Positions 25,428-35,526 are shown, counted from the stretch's first letter. The stretch: DNA of 64,000 nt from Candidatus Latescibacterota bacterium (GCA_965205485.1 OZ242180.1:512001-576000); one strand, 5' to 3'. Notes: generated by a model not told the origin, from the letters alone. Translations and numbers: made by a program.

Positions 25428-25461
25428 TTTGATAGTAACTATCAAAAAACCTAATTGTCAA
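25428..25461 (-). promoter_or_regulatory. Sigma70-like promoter (TTGACA-18-TACTAT) overlapped by a perfect 19-bp palindrome TTTGATAGT-A-ACTATCAAA
   Basis: -35 at 25456-25461 and -10 at 25432-25437 on the minus strand; palindrome at 25428-25446. Confidence 0.65.
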
Positions 25462-25480
25462 GGAAAAAATCGTCGGATCC

Positions 25481-25511
25481 AAAAAAAAAGACGGGCTCTT
25501 CCAATCCCGTC
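25481..25511 (-). terminator. Rho-independent terminator closing the catabolic cluster
   Basis: Minus strand gacggg-loop-cccgtc followed by 9 T. Confidence 0.7.
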
Positions 25512-25578
25512 GTTGAGGCTGTTCTACAATCCTGTCAGAAGGCGCCATTCGGTAGTGCGCCCTGCGTCCCGGGAATTC

Positions 25579-27006
25579 TCACGTTGCGTCCAACAGCGAG
25601 ACCGCTCCGTCGACGAGCGCCTCACCACTCCCCGGACCCACCGGGGTGAACGCGGTCTCGTAGCCCCCCTGTTCGAAAGCTTCTCTTTCGGCGATGTAAC
25701 TGACGGCGCCGAACTCGTTTGCAAGCGCGGCGATCAGCATCCTGCGAGATCCGGATCGAGCCCGGATTGCCGCGCCGAGGGACACAAACGGCTCTCCCGG
25801 GAGCCCCAGAAAGACCCCTTCGCCGACCCCGAGCGCCTGCACTTCAGTAAGGTGATGGCATTCGGGCGCCTCCCGCTGCCAGTCGGCCAGGAACACGTCA
25901 TCCACGTGGTGGTAACCTTCCTTCAGCGGCAGCGCCACTTCCTTCCTGCGGGCCCAGAGTTCCGGCGCCCCGTCCCAGCCAACGATCCCGCGGACGGCCG
26001 CCATCGCCCCGTCCGTCACACGACCGCCCAGGCGCGCCAGTTCCCGGTCGAAACCGCGCTCCCTTCTTGCGAGACTTGCTTCGGTGTCCTCGTCGGGTCG
26101 GGTCCTCCATACCGCGTCGATATCGACATTCCAGATTGGCGTCACGTCGCCCTCGGGGCCGGACGTATACAGAACAACCGGCGGTTCGCCCCCGCCCCGT
26201 CCCCACGTATTCGCCACACGATCGGACGCCGCGCCGGCGATCTCGGCGGAAATCCCCGATCCGCAGAAAACCCACGGATGGGTACCGTAGTTGATCACCG
26301 CCGCCAGCGGCGCTTCCGTCCCCTGCTCTCTCAAAGCGAATACTCGCACCTGCGGGTCGATATTCGTGCGGGAAACCACGCGGACGCCCTCGACAGGGTC
26401 ACGCCTCGGATCTCCCCAACTCCCGTCGGACATCAGCACGCGCCTCGAACTGGCCACGCCGTCGATCCGGGCTTCCCCGAAACCAACCGAAGCCGGCCGC
26501 AGCGCACCGTGCGCCTCCTCCACCGCATCCACCACCTGCGCGACAAACCACGATTTCCATTCCACGTCCGTCTCGCCCACCCAGCTGGCTGACGACGACA
26601 CCGACGTCACCTGGCCCATCGCGGCGGGCGCCGATCCGTCGGCCTTAATTGTGAGACAGGCCATATCTTCAGGGCTGTACGCGGTGGCCACCGGGCAGAA
26701 AGCTGGTCCCGAATGGGTATGGGTCGCACATACCATGATCGTGTCGGGACTCAGTCCTGTCCGCTCCGCGGCGCCGTGACGGATCTGCTCGGTCGCAACC
26801 GCGTCCACTCCGGAGAGATCCACGGCAACCAGGGCCCACGCACGACCACCCGCGGACAGCACCAGCGCCTTTGCGTAGAGGTCGTCCCGCACGTACCGAG
26901 CCTTGATATCGCCCGAAGCCCGCGGGTTCCAACCCGACATCGACACGCCCACCGGCGGTGTGATCACACGTTGGGCCGCGCCTGCCGACAGATGCTGACG
27001 ATCCAT
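25579..27006 (-). CDS. Neutral/alkaline ceramidase N-terminal-domain-like hydrolase
   Basis: AGAAQRVITPPVG..G..DDLYAKALVL; CATHTHSGP; NYGTHP; GPEGD; LPGEPFV..G; Y..GGYE. Alternative start 27033. Confidence 0.75.
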   Translation of the reverse strand: MDRQHLSAGAAQRVITPPVGVSMSGWNPRASGDIKARYVRDDLYAKALVLSAGGRAWALVAVDLSGVDAVATEQIRHGAAERTGLSPDTIMVCATHTHSGPAFCPVATAYSPEDMACLTIKADGSAPAAMGQVTSVSSSASWVGETDVEWKSWFVAQVVDAVEEAHGALRPASVGFGEARIDGVASSRRVLMSDGSWGDPRRDPVEGVRVVSRTNIDPQVRVFALREQGTEAPLAAVINYGTHPWVFCGSGISAEIAGAASDRVANTWGRGGGEPPVVLYTSGPEGDVTPIWNVDIDAVWRTRPDEDTEASLARRERGFDRELARLGGRVTDGAMAAVRGIVGWDGAPELWARRKEVALPLKEGYHHVDDVFLADWQREAPECHHLTEVQALGVGEGVFLGLPGEPFVSLGAAIRARSGSRRMLIAALANEFGAVSYIAEREAFEQGGYETAFTPVGPGSGEALVDGAVSLLDAT

Positions 27007-27060
27007 ATCTGAAATTCCGGCTGATTCATCCATTCTCGCTGAAACGCGGTCATTGCCTGT

Positions 27061-27205
27061 GCTGAGCGTGTCGAAGCAAGCTTGCCTGCATTGAGCTTGT
27101 CGAAATGTCGAAATACCCGCGTTTCACTCTTCTTAATGGGCCAATCGATATCCCTTCGCCGACCCTTCGACAATCCTTCGGCAGGCTCAGGACAACGGCT
27201 CAGGG
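27061..27205. repeat. Cluster of short REP-like motifs (CTGAGCxTGTCGAAG / CTTCGxCAGGCTCAG) in opposite orientations, one nested in another
   Basis: gctgagcgtgtcgaag at 27061, ttgagcttgtcgaaa at 27091; cccttcgacaa[tccttcggcaggctcaggacaac]ggctcaggg at 27163-27205. Confidence 0.6.
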
Positions 27206-27246
27206 AGCGGCCCACAACCCGCGCTACCACGGACCTACGGCCTTCA

Positions 27247-29424
27247 TCACTTGTTCCGCGTCCATTCAAAACAGAACACCCGCCCGTCATACGTTCCCAC
27301 AACCAGGCCGCCATCCACTGCGCATGGAGACGCCGTAATCGGAGAGCCGAAGGCAGCGCTGTCCAGGCATCGGCCGGAAGCTGGATCCAGCACGTACAGA
27401 AATCCGTCGCACCCGCAGACGATAAGGGATCCTTCGAACATCACCGGCGCCGCCAGTATGGACCGCACTCCCCGGCGATAGGGTACCATATCGAGCAGGT
27501 CGTCTCCCGTCCGGAAACGCCAGTGCAGCGCACCGTCGCCCATGCCGAAACAGAGGGCTTCGCCATCGGGCGTGGTCGCATAGACCCGATCGTCGTAAAC
27601 GTGCAATCCCGTGGGATACCTGGAGGGCAGAATCGGCCTTTCCCAGACAACCTCACCTGAGTCTTTATCGACCGCGACGAGAAACGAGGGCTCGCCGGAG
27701 AAGTGGTGGAGGTCCTTCGAGCCGCCCCCGCTCACGATCAGATCTCCCGACAAAACCGGCCTGGCATAAGGGAATTCAACTCCCGCCGGACGTTCCCAGA
27801 CGACGTCCCCCGTCGCTCGGTCCAGCGCCACAAGCCCCCGCCGCTGAACGAGCAGGATGAGAAGGTCACCGGAGACCTGCGGGCTGGCATAACACGCCCA
27901 GTTGTCGCTGTCCGGGTTCACCGTATGCCAGAGCCTGCGACCCGACTGCAGATCGAAAGCCACGTAACCCGCCTTGGCGCCCGCGTAGACTGTACCATCC
28001 GCGATAACCGGAGCGGAATAAATCCAGCGTTCGGGATAATCAGGCAGGTCTGCTTCCAACATAGAACCGCCGGACGCCACGTCCAACAGATGCACTCGAC
28101 CGGTTATCGACACCGCGGCGCAGGCGCTGCCTTCGACGGCCACGCTGTTCTTTACAGCCGCATCCGTCCGTGCGTGCCAGACCGGCTCCCCGCTGGCGGC
28201 ATCGAGGCAGCAGACGCCGGCCTGCACCGGCCAGCCTTCGTCGCGCAGGCTGAGAAACACGCGTTCTGCGGACGAGACCGGCGCCGCCCGGTGAATCCCG
28301 CCCGGAATCTTCCGCTCCCATCGCAGGCGGAGCGAACCACTGGCGAATCCGATGTCTCGCGGGAATATCTCCCCGGACTCCGGTGCGGCGCCGGCGGCCT
28401 GGAGCACGCGAAGGCCAAGGGCTGCGCCGTTGTCACTGAACCGCACCACACGGTAACCCCGGGGAGAGGTGTCGATTCCACCGAAACAGACCGGCGGGGC
28501 AGCGGACACCACCATGTCGCCGTAGGAGAAAACCTTGCTTGAGTGCCAGTGTCCGTGAAGGACGAGGCGGACGTTGTACCTGCTCAATTCGCGCAGAAAT
28601 GACCCCGGCGGCGGTGTATGGACGACGACCACGATTTCACGGTCCGGGGGTTGCAGCGCGAGGTCCGCGCGCAGCCACTGCGCCTTGCGCTCTAGGTCCG
28701 CCGGAGGGTAGTACGCGTCTTCATTCGGATAGAACGCGAAATGGCGTCCGCCCCAATCCAGACTGTAATACGTCGGACCAAGGAATGCCTCGTAGTGCAG
28801 CGTCGCCGGAAGACCGGCGAACTTCCTGCCGATCTCCGACAATTTCGGATTGTTCGGCGTGGCTTTCAACTCAATGAACTCATCGACTGAAATACCGCCC
28901 ATCCGCTCCTGGTTCCCGTCGTGACCGCCGAACAGTGGGTAAACCGGCGTCGAAATCGTCCGAACGGCGTCGCGAAAGGCCGTCAACTGGTCAATCGTCC
29001 CCCAATCCGTAAGGTCTCCGCTGGCGAAAATCAGGTCGGGCTTCGCCTCCTGTTCGATCTGGCGCAGCGCTTGCGCAAGCACGGGACCGGAAGTATGCGT
29101 ATCACCTTCCGTAACGATGTGGGTGTCGGTAATCTGCGCGAGCGTGAACGACGGCCGCGCCCGTTCTGGAGACCGCGAAAGCCGGAAATCCACCCCGTCT
29201 TGCGCTTCCGATCCGTCCGACGTGGAACGATAGTACCCGTCCGGCGCGGAAAAGCCGTCCGGAACCGTGATAAACACGAACCGCTGCGTCCCGGTCTCCA
29301 CGCTGATTTCGTATCGACCCTCTTCGTTCGTTTGTACGATCTGTTCACCGTTCGAAACCGAAACCCCGGCCAGGCCGTGCTCCGACCGGTCATCGATCAC
29401 ATGCCCTTGAACCGTTATCGTCAC
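27247..29424 (-). CDS. Calcineurin-like metallophosphoesterase fused to a PQQ/BamB-like beta-propeller
   Basis: GVSVSNG N-domain; DTH, GDL, GGHD, HGHWH motifs; C-terminal LDAASGEPVW/FDLQSGRRLW propeller repeats. Confidence 0.85.
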   Translation of the reverse strand: MTITVQGHVIDDRSEHGLAGVSVSNGEQIVQTNEEGRYEISVETGTQRFVFITVPDGFSAPDGYYRSTSDGSEAQDGVDFRLSRSPERARPSFTLAQITDTHIVTEGDTHTSGPVLAQALRQIEQEAKPDLIFASGDLTDWGTIDQLTAFRDAVRTISTPVYPLFGGHDGNQERMGGISVDEFIELKATPNNPKLSEIGRKFAGLPATLHYEAFLGPTYYSLDWGGRHFAFYPNEDAYYPPADLERKAQWLRADLALQPPDREIVVVVHTPPPGSFLRELSRYNVRLVLHGHWHSSKVFSYGDMVVSAAPPVCFGGIDTSPRGYRVVRFSDNGAALGLRVLQAAGAAPESGEIFPRDIGFASGSLRLRWERKIPGGIHRAAPVSSAERVFLSLRDEGWPVQAGVCCLDAASGEPVWHARTDAAVKNSVAVEGSACAAVSITGRVHLLDVASGGSMLEADLPDYPERWIYSAPVIADGTVYAGAKAGYVAFDLQSGRRLWHTVNPDSDNWACYASPQVSGDLLILLVQRRGLVALDRATGDVVWERPAGVEFPYARPVLSGDLIVSGGGSKDLHHFSGEPSFLVAVDKDSGEVVWERPILPSRYPTGLHVYDDRVYATTPDGEALCFGMGDGALHWRFRTGDDLLDMVPYRRGVRSILAAPVMFEGSLIVCGCDGFLYVLDPASGRCLDSAAFGSPITASPCAVDGGLVVGTYDGRVFCFEWTRNK

Positions 29425-29457
29425 CTGCCACCTCCATTTCCCGGCTCTCCCGGCACT

Positions 29458-29910
29458 TCACGCTGCCACCGGTTGCCAGATTTCAATAGGGATACCGTCG
29501 GGATCCAGAATGTAGAACGCGACGGCAGCCACCGTCCCGTCTCGGACGATTTCGGTGGGCGAGCTCATTGCCGGCGCCCCGGCCGCTGTCAGGCGTTCGT
29601 ATTCGGCCGCGGCGTCTTCCACCTGCAGCGCCAGGCTGGAAGCCCCCACGTAATTGTTGCGCAGTTCGCGCGAAACGGACTGCGGGTTCTGAAACTGAAC
29701 CAGGCCTACGACAAACCCCGTTGGCCGGTGCAGGAGCATCCCCACCCGCAATCTGACGTCCTGCATTTTCATGATCGTGTCGTAAGAAGCAAGTCCGTCC
29801 CGATCGGCCACATAGGTGACTTCGAACCCGAGCAGGTCCCGATAAAACGCGAGCGACCTGTCCAGGTCGCCCACCGAGTACTTGACGTGATGGACCTTTG
29901 TAAACGCCAT
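29458..29910 (-). CDS. VOC/glyoxalase family protein
   Basis: HHVKYSVGDLDRSLAFYRDLLGF..FYILDPDGIPIEIW; GGAGG RBS before ATG at 29910. Confidence 0.88.
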   Translation of the reverse strand: MAFTKVHHVKYSVGDLDRSLAFYRDLLGFEVTYVADRDGLASYDTIMKMQDVRLRVGMLLHRPTGFVVGLVQFQNPQSVSRELRNNYVGASSLALQVEDAAAEYERLTAAGAPAMSSPTEIVRDGTVAAVAFYILDPDGIPIEIWQPVAA

Positions 29911-29931
29911 CGGCAAGCCTCCGCCTTCCGC

Positions 29932-31101
29932 CTATCCGGCCGGCCAGGCCCGGTGGTGCGTGCAATATCTCTCCAACGCGTCGTGGTCGACCTCGACACC
30001 CATGCCGGGACCCTCGGGAATCAGGACGTGGCCGTTTTCGATCCTGAGATCCCGGGTCAGCAGATGCGACTCACGCAGCCACGGCCCCGCCTGGTCGCCC
30101 GGCAGCGTACAGTTCGGCGCACTGGCCGAAAGGTGAAGTTGCGCCGCCGTGGCAATCCCCAGATCGATCCCGCTGCCCTGCCAGACCTGAAGGTTCGCAT
30201 GCGCCGCCGCCGCGGCCTGCAGGCGCCAGTTGTACAAACCACAGGCCCCGTCGATGTTCAGCCCTCCCGCGGCGCCCGACGTCAGCACGTTCCACAGCGA
30301 CTCGGGTGGATCGATATGCACGACGACGCGCGCGTTCAGGCGACGGCGCAATTCTGCGAATTCCTCAAGATGAAACCGTGGAAAAGGATCTTCAAGAATG
30401 GCCATGTTGCCCACCCGGTCCATCTCCCGGAGTACCGATATCGCGTCGTCCATCCGGTAGAACCGGCCGTTGGCGTCAACGGTAACCTGCCAGTCCGCCG
30501 ACGCGTGCTGAATGGCTTCCAGCCGCTCGACATTGGGGTCTTCCAGCGACGTCTTCAGCTTGACTCCTGTGAATCCAAGTGCTTTACCCCTCTCCACACA
30601 CCTCACGGCGTGGTCGGGTGTGGTGCGCGGCATCCAGTAATCAACGGGCACCCGGTCCCGCCACGCGCCTCCCCAAAGCGCACACATGGGAAGGCCGGCG
30701 CGCCTGGCGGTGAGGTCGCTCAGGGCCATCTCGACGAGCGCCTGCAGCGGGTGGCGCAGCCTGTGCTGCAGATTGGCCGCATCGGCGGCGTACGGTGACG
30801 GCGGAGGCGGGCGCTGCCAGTAGAGCGTACCCTCTGTCCACAGATCCAGGAAGGAAGACCTGAGAGTCGAAACCGGCCTGTCCACGAGACTGGACAGTGC
30901 CTCATCGTTAGACGACCGGGAGCCGGACCGTACAGCCTCTCCCCACCCTTCGAACCCGTCCCGGTCCCTGATGTACAGCACACACCGGTCGTCGTTACCG
31001 GCGGGGTTCGCCCCGAATACGGGGCTGGCGGCCCATTCATCCAGCAAAGGAACCGTGACTTCCCAGACCCTGACCTGTGCGATGACCGGTGACGAAGCCA
31101 C
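29932..31101 (-). CDS. Mandelate racemase/muconate lactonizing enzyme (enolase superfamily)
   Basis: GWGEA; EMALSDL..AGLPMCALWGG; KLK; VDANG; LEDP; PEGPGMGVEVD. Confidence 0.85.
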   Translation of the reverse strand: MASSPVIAQVRVWEVTVPLLDEWAASPVFGANPAGNDDRCVLYIRDRDGFEGWGEAVRSGSRSSNDEALSSLVDRPVSTLRSSFLDLWTEGTLYWQRPPPPSPYAADAANLQHRLRHPLQALVEMALSDLTARRAGLPMCALWGGAWRDRVPVDYWMPRTTPDHAVRCVERGKALGFTGVKLKTSLEDPNVERLEAIQHASADWQVTVDANGRFYRMDDAISVLREMDRVGNMAILEDPFPRFHLEEFAELRRRLNARVVVHIDPPESLWNVLTSGAAGGLNIDGACGLYNWRLQAAAAAHANLQVWQGSGIDLGIATAAQLHLSASAPNCTLPGDQAGPWLRESHLLTRDLRIENGHVLIPEGPGMGVEVDHDALERYCTHHRAWPAG

Positions 31102-31116
31102 TTCCTGTTTCCAATC

Positions 31117-31929
31117 TTATGATTCGGATTCCTGGCGAGCCCGGAATGACTCCCGATCTCCGAACACCTTGACGTAGTTCTGGCCCGACATCTGTCCCCC
31201 GTCGGCCACGATGCCCTGACCGGTGACGAACGCGGCCCCGTCCGACGCCAGGAAGAAGATGATGTTGGCAATATCCACGGGCCTTCCAATGCGGTTGAGC
31301 GGTATCAGCCTGAGGTAGTTCTCCACGAAAACCCGGTCTTCAAGCAGGTCCCCGTGAATCGGCGTGTCGATAAATCCCGGCAGCACCGCGTTCACGCGGA
31401 TGCCGTCGCCGCCCAGTTCCACGGCCAGCGTGCGCGTGAGCGCCAGCAGCGCAGCCTTCGCGGCGTCATAGGTCGCCGCGCGCGGGCTGCTCGACAGGGC
31501 GTTTCGCGAAGCCACGTTGACGATCGCCGCCCCCTCCACGCCCTTCATCCCGGGTACGAACCCGCGGATAAGCGCGGAAGCGCCAACGAGATTCGTGTTC
31601 AGGGAGGTCTCCCACATCTCGTCAGTCGTTTCGGTAATATCCGCGTAGAGGCAAACCCCGGCGTTGTTCACCAGCGCGCGCGCCGGACCGAGTTCCTCGA
31701 CGATCCGCCCGGCGAGCGGCGTGAGGGTCCCCACGTCGGACAGGTCGCAGGGGAACGCGTGGACGTGCGGGCCGATTTTCGATTGCGTCAGCCGGTCCAG
31801 CCCCTCCCGCGAACGGTCCAGAGCCGCAACGACGAAGCCCGCGTCGACGAAGCGCTCCACCGTGGCCTTGCCGATACCGCTGGCGCCGCCGGTCACCACG
31901 GCGAGAGGTGCGGATGAGCGTTGGGACAT
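31117..31929 (-). CDS. SDR family oxidoreductase
   Basis: VTGGASGIG, NNAG, YDAAK, IRVNAVLPG, FVTGQ. Confidence 0.92.
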   Translation of the reverse strand: MSQRSSAPLAVVTGGASGIGKATVERFVDAGFVVAALDRSREGLDRLTQSKIGPHVHAFPCDLSDVGTLTPLAGRIVEELGPARALVNNAGVCLYADITETTDEMWETSLNTNLVGASALIRGFVPGMKGVEGAAIVNVASRNALSSSPRAATYDAAKAALLALTRTLAVELGGDGIRVNAVLPGFIDTPIHGDLLEDRVFVENYLRLIPLNRIGRPVDIANIIFFLASDGAAFVTGQGIVADGGQMSGQNYVKVFGDRESFRARQESES

Positions 31930-31967
31930 ATGGTACTACCTATATCTCGAAACGTCGGTTTGCGGCT

Positions 31968-33041
31968 TCACCCCAGTGCGTACCGCGTGAACCGGTCGAG
32001 AGACGGGAGCCCTTCGTTCAGCCACATCTCACGATTCCTGCTCACCAGTATCACGCCGAAATTCGTGATCATGTTGTTTTCGTTATTCCGCGGTCGCTGG
32101 CAAAGACCGCCCGGATTGTGTTCATCCATCAGGACCTCCCGCATCTCCCGCAGCGTGAGCGATTTCCCACCGTTTCCGAATCTCGCGTAGAGGTAAGCGA
32201 TCCGGTTCAACGAATTCTGAAAATACCGTGTGCTGATGAACCCGGGATCCCATTTCCAGCCCACCGCCTGCATTTCCTTGCTGAAATAGTGGTTCGTGGA
32301 GAACACGACCCCGTGCTCCGGACCCCGTACGCCGTTCATGTCGCAGGCGTTTTCCGTAGCGGCCGCGTTCCCCTCCACATCCGCCATCACAATGTTGATG
32401 CCCTTGCCGGTCAGCGTCGTCCGCCTCAGCAGATCGACGGCTTCCTTGACGTTCGCACACCGCTGTAACACGAGGCGCGGGGCGATGTGCTGGGGCACAC
32501 CGGACCCGTCCTGCGCCTTCATTGTGGGATGACCGGAGTTCGTCCCGATGCAGAGCCCCGCTTCGTTTACGCCGCATTCGGTCCACACCGTCCCGATCTG
32601 GTTGACGCACAAAACGTCGTACCCCTCGTCCGTACGTGTCGTCAGGATCGTCAGACCCCCGAGGCGGTCCGAATCCGGGCGAAAACTCCCGTCGTCGGTC
32701 TTGCCGAGGATGGGCCCCACGTCGCTGGCGGCAAACGCAACGCTGCTGCAGGCGAGATCGTCGGCCATCGCGGGACCGACGGCGTTATAGGTACTTTTGT
32801 AGAACGCTTCCTCGTCGGATATCTCCGCCCCTCGCGCGATGCCGCGAATCTCCTCGATGATCTCAGGGAATTCAGCCTGCAGATGCCCGCGCATCGCCTC
32901 CGTCAGCGCGGCCTGCCGGGTACGCACTTCGCTGATCCCTGAAAAAAGGGGGAGACTTCCTCGAATCTCCGCCCTGAACCGGCGGCCGATCTGCTCCCCA
33001 CGCTGAAAAGGCGGCCCCTTCACTTCAAATTCGGGAATCAT
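31968..33041 (-). CDS. C45 family Ntn-hydrolase (acyl-CoA:6-APA acyltransferase-like)
   Basis: Start MIPEFEVKGPPFQRGEQIG (GGGAG RBS); EEIRGIARG; ACSS autocleavage site; GVNEAGL; TNHY. Confidence 0.82.
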   Translation of the reverse strand: MIPEFEVKGPPFQRGEQIGRRFRAEIRGSLPLFSGISEVRTRQAALTEAMRGHLQAEFPEIIEEIRGIARGAEISDEEAFYKSTYNAVGPAMADDLACSSVAFAASDVGPILGKTDDGSFRPDSDRLGGLTILTTRTDEGYDVLCVNQIGTVWTECGVNEAGLCIGTNSGHPTMKAQDGSGVPQHIAPRLVLQRCANVKEAVDLLRRTTLTGKGINIVMADVEGNAAATENACDMNGVRGPEHGVVFSTNHYFSKEMQAVGWKWDPGFISTRYFQNSLNRIAYLYARFGNGGKSLTLREMREVLMDEHNPGGLCQRPRNNENNMITNFGVILVSRNREMWLNEGLPSLDRFTRYALG

Positions 33042-34695
33042 CGTTTGCTCCCGTGACTGTGCAGGTCGTTCTCCGGGGCAGGTCCGCCGCAACCCGGATC
33101 TTGTGCGCATACTCGAACAGGCGCCGGAAACGCCGGACCGTCTTCTCCCGGCCCGATGCGTCGCGGACCTCCACGAAGAGGGGGCCGCGGGTGATCTGAT
33201 GCGTGGACCACGCCCACAGAAAACCGGCAAAGGAAATCCGGCTGCCGAAAAGCTCCTTGATCTCGTGATGATTGGAAAGCGCTCTCGACCCGGGGTCCGT
33301 ATCAACCTGGTGGATGTGATATCCCAGGATTCGCCGCCCGAGGCTGGCATACCAGTCGCCGAGGGGTTGCAGATTGTCCAGATCGCCCCCGTTGTTGCGC
33401 GCGTGGCCCACGTCCAACAACGCGCCTACCCTTGCATCGGGAATTTCTCTCATATCCGCTGCCACCGCGTCAATCCATCTCAGGTACTCGTCGATCCGGG
33501 TGGCGAATTCCCGCTCCGGCGAGTCCGAAGGCGTATCGGCGGGATTGTGGATGTTCTCAATCGCGATCCCCACGCCGGCGCCGGCCGCTTCTCCAAATAA
33601 ACTCGCGAAAGCTGCCACGAAATCCAGGAAACATCCGGTGGGTTCCGGTCGATCTTCCCGAACGCGCTCCATTGCGCCGGCGCTCGCCCTGGGGACGTGA
33701 ACCGTCAAGCTGTCCGCGCCCGCCGCCAACGCGCAATCCACGTGCGCCCGGACTATTTCCGCGCCCTCGACGCGTCCGGTACCTGAATTCCATTTGAGAT
33801 CGGGCAGATGATAGGACAGATACAAAGGACCCCGATTTCGAAGATCACGAAGCGATCCGGAAAGCGCGCGTCGTGAAAAATCGAGGTCCACCGGCCGGAT
33901 TTCGAGGCAGGGCAGGCCGGAAACCAGGGTCTCCCCCGCCGCCATTACCGGATCGCCCTGAATCGACCATCCGACGGGCAGCATTCCATTCGGCAGGTCC
34001 GCGGGCAGCAGCCGGATCGCGGGCGACCAGGGGATGAATATCTCCGTCCAGGCTCCCTTTCGAATGCTCTCGAAAAGGTTGATCCCCGGAAGGTCTCCGA
34101 TCGCCTTGTCCGGATCCAGCCCGCGGACCACGGCCTCGACGAAGCCGTTTTCCTGCCTGGTCCGTTGGACGTGGCTGTGCCCCGCGACGAGAAGCTCAAT
34201 GCCGTTCTCGGAGAGCCAGCGCGAAAGCCACGCCCGGGACTCTCCGTCCATCCTGTCCAGCGGATAGTGGGTGATGACCAGGCGCCGCGGTGCGCGGCTG
34301 CCCCGTAGGCTCCGGTTCAGCCAGGAGCGCTCTTCGTCAGGAAGACTTCCGGTCGACGTATCGGGCAGGAGAACGAGCAGGTCGCCGAACACGGCCGCAC
34401 GGCGTTCGGGCGACGCCAGGGTTTCGAACTCCGACATTGCGTCCCCGCCCCGCCGTTCCGCGTTTCCCGGGGTGAAGAGAACCGGGACTTCGACTTGGTC
34501 CAGCGCCTCCAGGCAGCGTGCGGCCGAGACGGCCGTTGCAAAAGTCGTGACGTCTCCGGCCACAGCCAGGAAATCCGGCCTCTCCCGGTTCACCCGGTCG
34601 ACAGCCCACTGAAGCGCCTGATAGGCAGCCGTATCCGGGTTGTCCGAAAGATGGAGGTCGGCAAGCAGAACAAATCGATGCGCACGCTGGGTCAT
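33025..34695 (-). CDS. Metallophosphoesterase fused to a xylose-isomerase/AP-endonuclease-like TIM barrel
   Basis: ADLH, GDV, PGNAE, THYP, AGHSH; C-half YHLP, TVHVP, IENI, LDVGHA, YHIH, VEVR. Confidence 0.75.
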   Translation of the reverse strand: MTQRAHRFVLLADLHLSDNPDTAAYQALQWAVDRVNRERPDFLAVAGDVTTFATAVSAARCLEALDQVEVPVLFTPGNAERRGGDAMSEFETLASPERRAAVFGDLLVLLPDTSTGSLPDEERSWLNRSLRGSRAPRRLVITHYPLDRMDGESRAWLSRWLSENGIELLVAGHSHVQRTRQENGFVEAVVRGLDPDKAIGDLPGINLFESIRKGAWTEIFIPWSPAIRLLPADLPNGMLPVGWSIQGDPVMAAGETLVSGLPCLEIRPVDLDFSRRALSGSLRDLRNRGPLYLSYHLPDLKWNSGTGRVEGAEIVRAHVDCALAAGADSLTVHVPRASAGAMERVREDRPEPTGCFLDFVAAFASLFGEAAGAGVGIAIENIHNPADTPSDSPEREFATRIDEYLRWIDAVAADMREIPDARVGALLDVGHARNNGGDLDNLQPLGDWYASLGRRILGYHIHQVDTDPGSRALSNHHEIKELFGSRISFAGFLWAWSTHQITRGPLFVEVRDASGREKTVRRFRRLFEYAHKIRVAADLPRRTTCTVTGANDDSRI

Positions 34696-34729
34696 ATCGG
34701 GTATTTTCTCACACCGGTTATCCGATAAA

Positions 34730-35467
34730 TTAGTTCACGTATTTGTGGCGGCCCGGATTTCCTCGTGCGAGATAGAGACGGAGCCCGTCCCAGTCGAACC
34801 CGGACGGAGAAACGAACGTGCGGTCGATTTCGGCATGGGTGGAGATGTATTTCAACGTTATGCCGCAACGCCGCCGGGACGACCTGTTGGGATTGGATCC
34901 GTGCAGAATCCAGGGATCGTGAACGGAATACTCACCCGCGCGCAACTGTACGTCTCTTGCGTTCGAAAGATCCAGGTTTTCCAGTGACATCGGCAGCGTC
35001 GTGCCGGAATCGAGATCCACCGTGTGCAACAGGACGGCCTGCTTCCGGTGGGTACCGGGAAGCACCCGCATGCAGCCGTTCTCTTCGTCGGAATCGTCCA
35101 CCGCCAGCCAGAGCGTGAACGTATCCATGGGCTCGATTGGAAAAAACGCGGCATCCTGATGCCATTCTACCGCCAGGCCGTCGTCCGGGCGTTTGCTGAT
35201 CACGTAGGAGGTGAACAGCGCAACGTCCGGCCCAACGATCTGCGCCGCCACGTCGATGAGACTGTCGCTCAGGAAGAGATCGCGAAGGTACTCGTTTTCG
35301 TAGTGGAGCGACGGCATGTTCTCGGGCCGCCGGTCCGGGGGAAGACTGTCGATAATGGAATCCAGTTCGCCCCGCAGCCTTGCAAGTTCGATGTCATCGA
35401 GAATCCGTCCGCCGGCGGCATAGCCCTCGTTGCGGTACTGTTTGAGTTGGGCGTTGGTGAGCGACAT
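34730..35467 (-). CDS. Phytanoyl-CoA dioxygenase (PhyH) family Fe/2OG enzyme
   Basis: WHQD, LWLAVDD..ENGCMRVLPGTH, HGSNPNRS..RR. Alternative start 35497. Confidence 0.9.
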   Translation of the reverse strand: MSLTNAQLKQYRNEGYAAGGRILDDIELARLRGELDSIIDSLPPDRRPENMPSLHYENEYLRDLFLSDSLIDVAAQIVGPDVALFTSYVISKRPDDGLAVEWHQDAAFFPIEPMDTFTLWLAVDDSDEENGCMRVLPGTHRKQAVLLHTVDLDSGTTLPMSLENLDLSNARDVQLRAGEYSVHDPWILHGSNPNRSSRRRCGITLKYISTHAEIDRTFVSPSGFDWDGLRLYLARGNPGRHKYVN

Positions 35468-35526
35468 AGTGCTTCCCTTTTGCGTTTCCGTTTGCATCTG
35501 GTCTTGAATCGCGCCAATTCGCAGTC

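Noticed and set aside
23364..30798. Long plus-strand ORFs 23364-25412, 25138-26592 and 28921-30798 (also 8920-10104, 35794-37338, and minus-strand 56524-57876)
   Set aside because: Antisense shadows of well-supported genes, typical of high-GC DNA; Arg/Pro-rich with no motifs.
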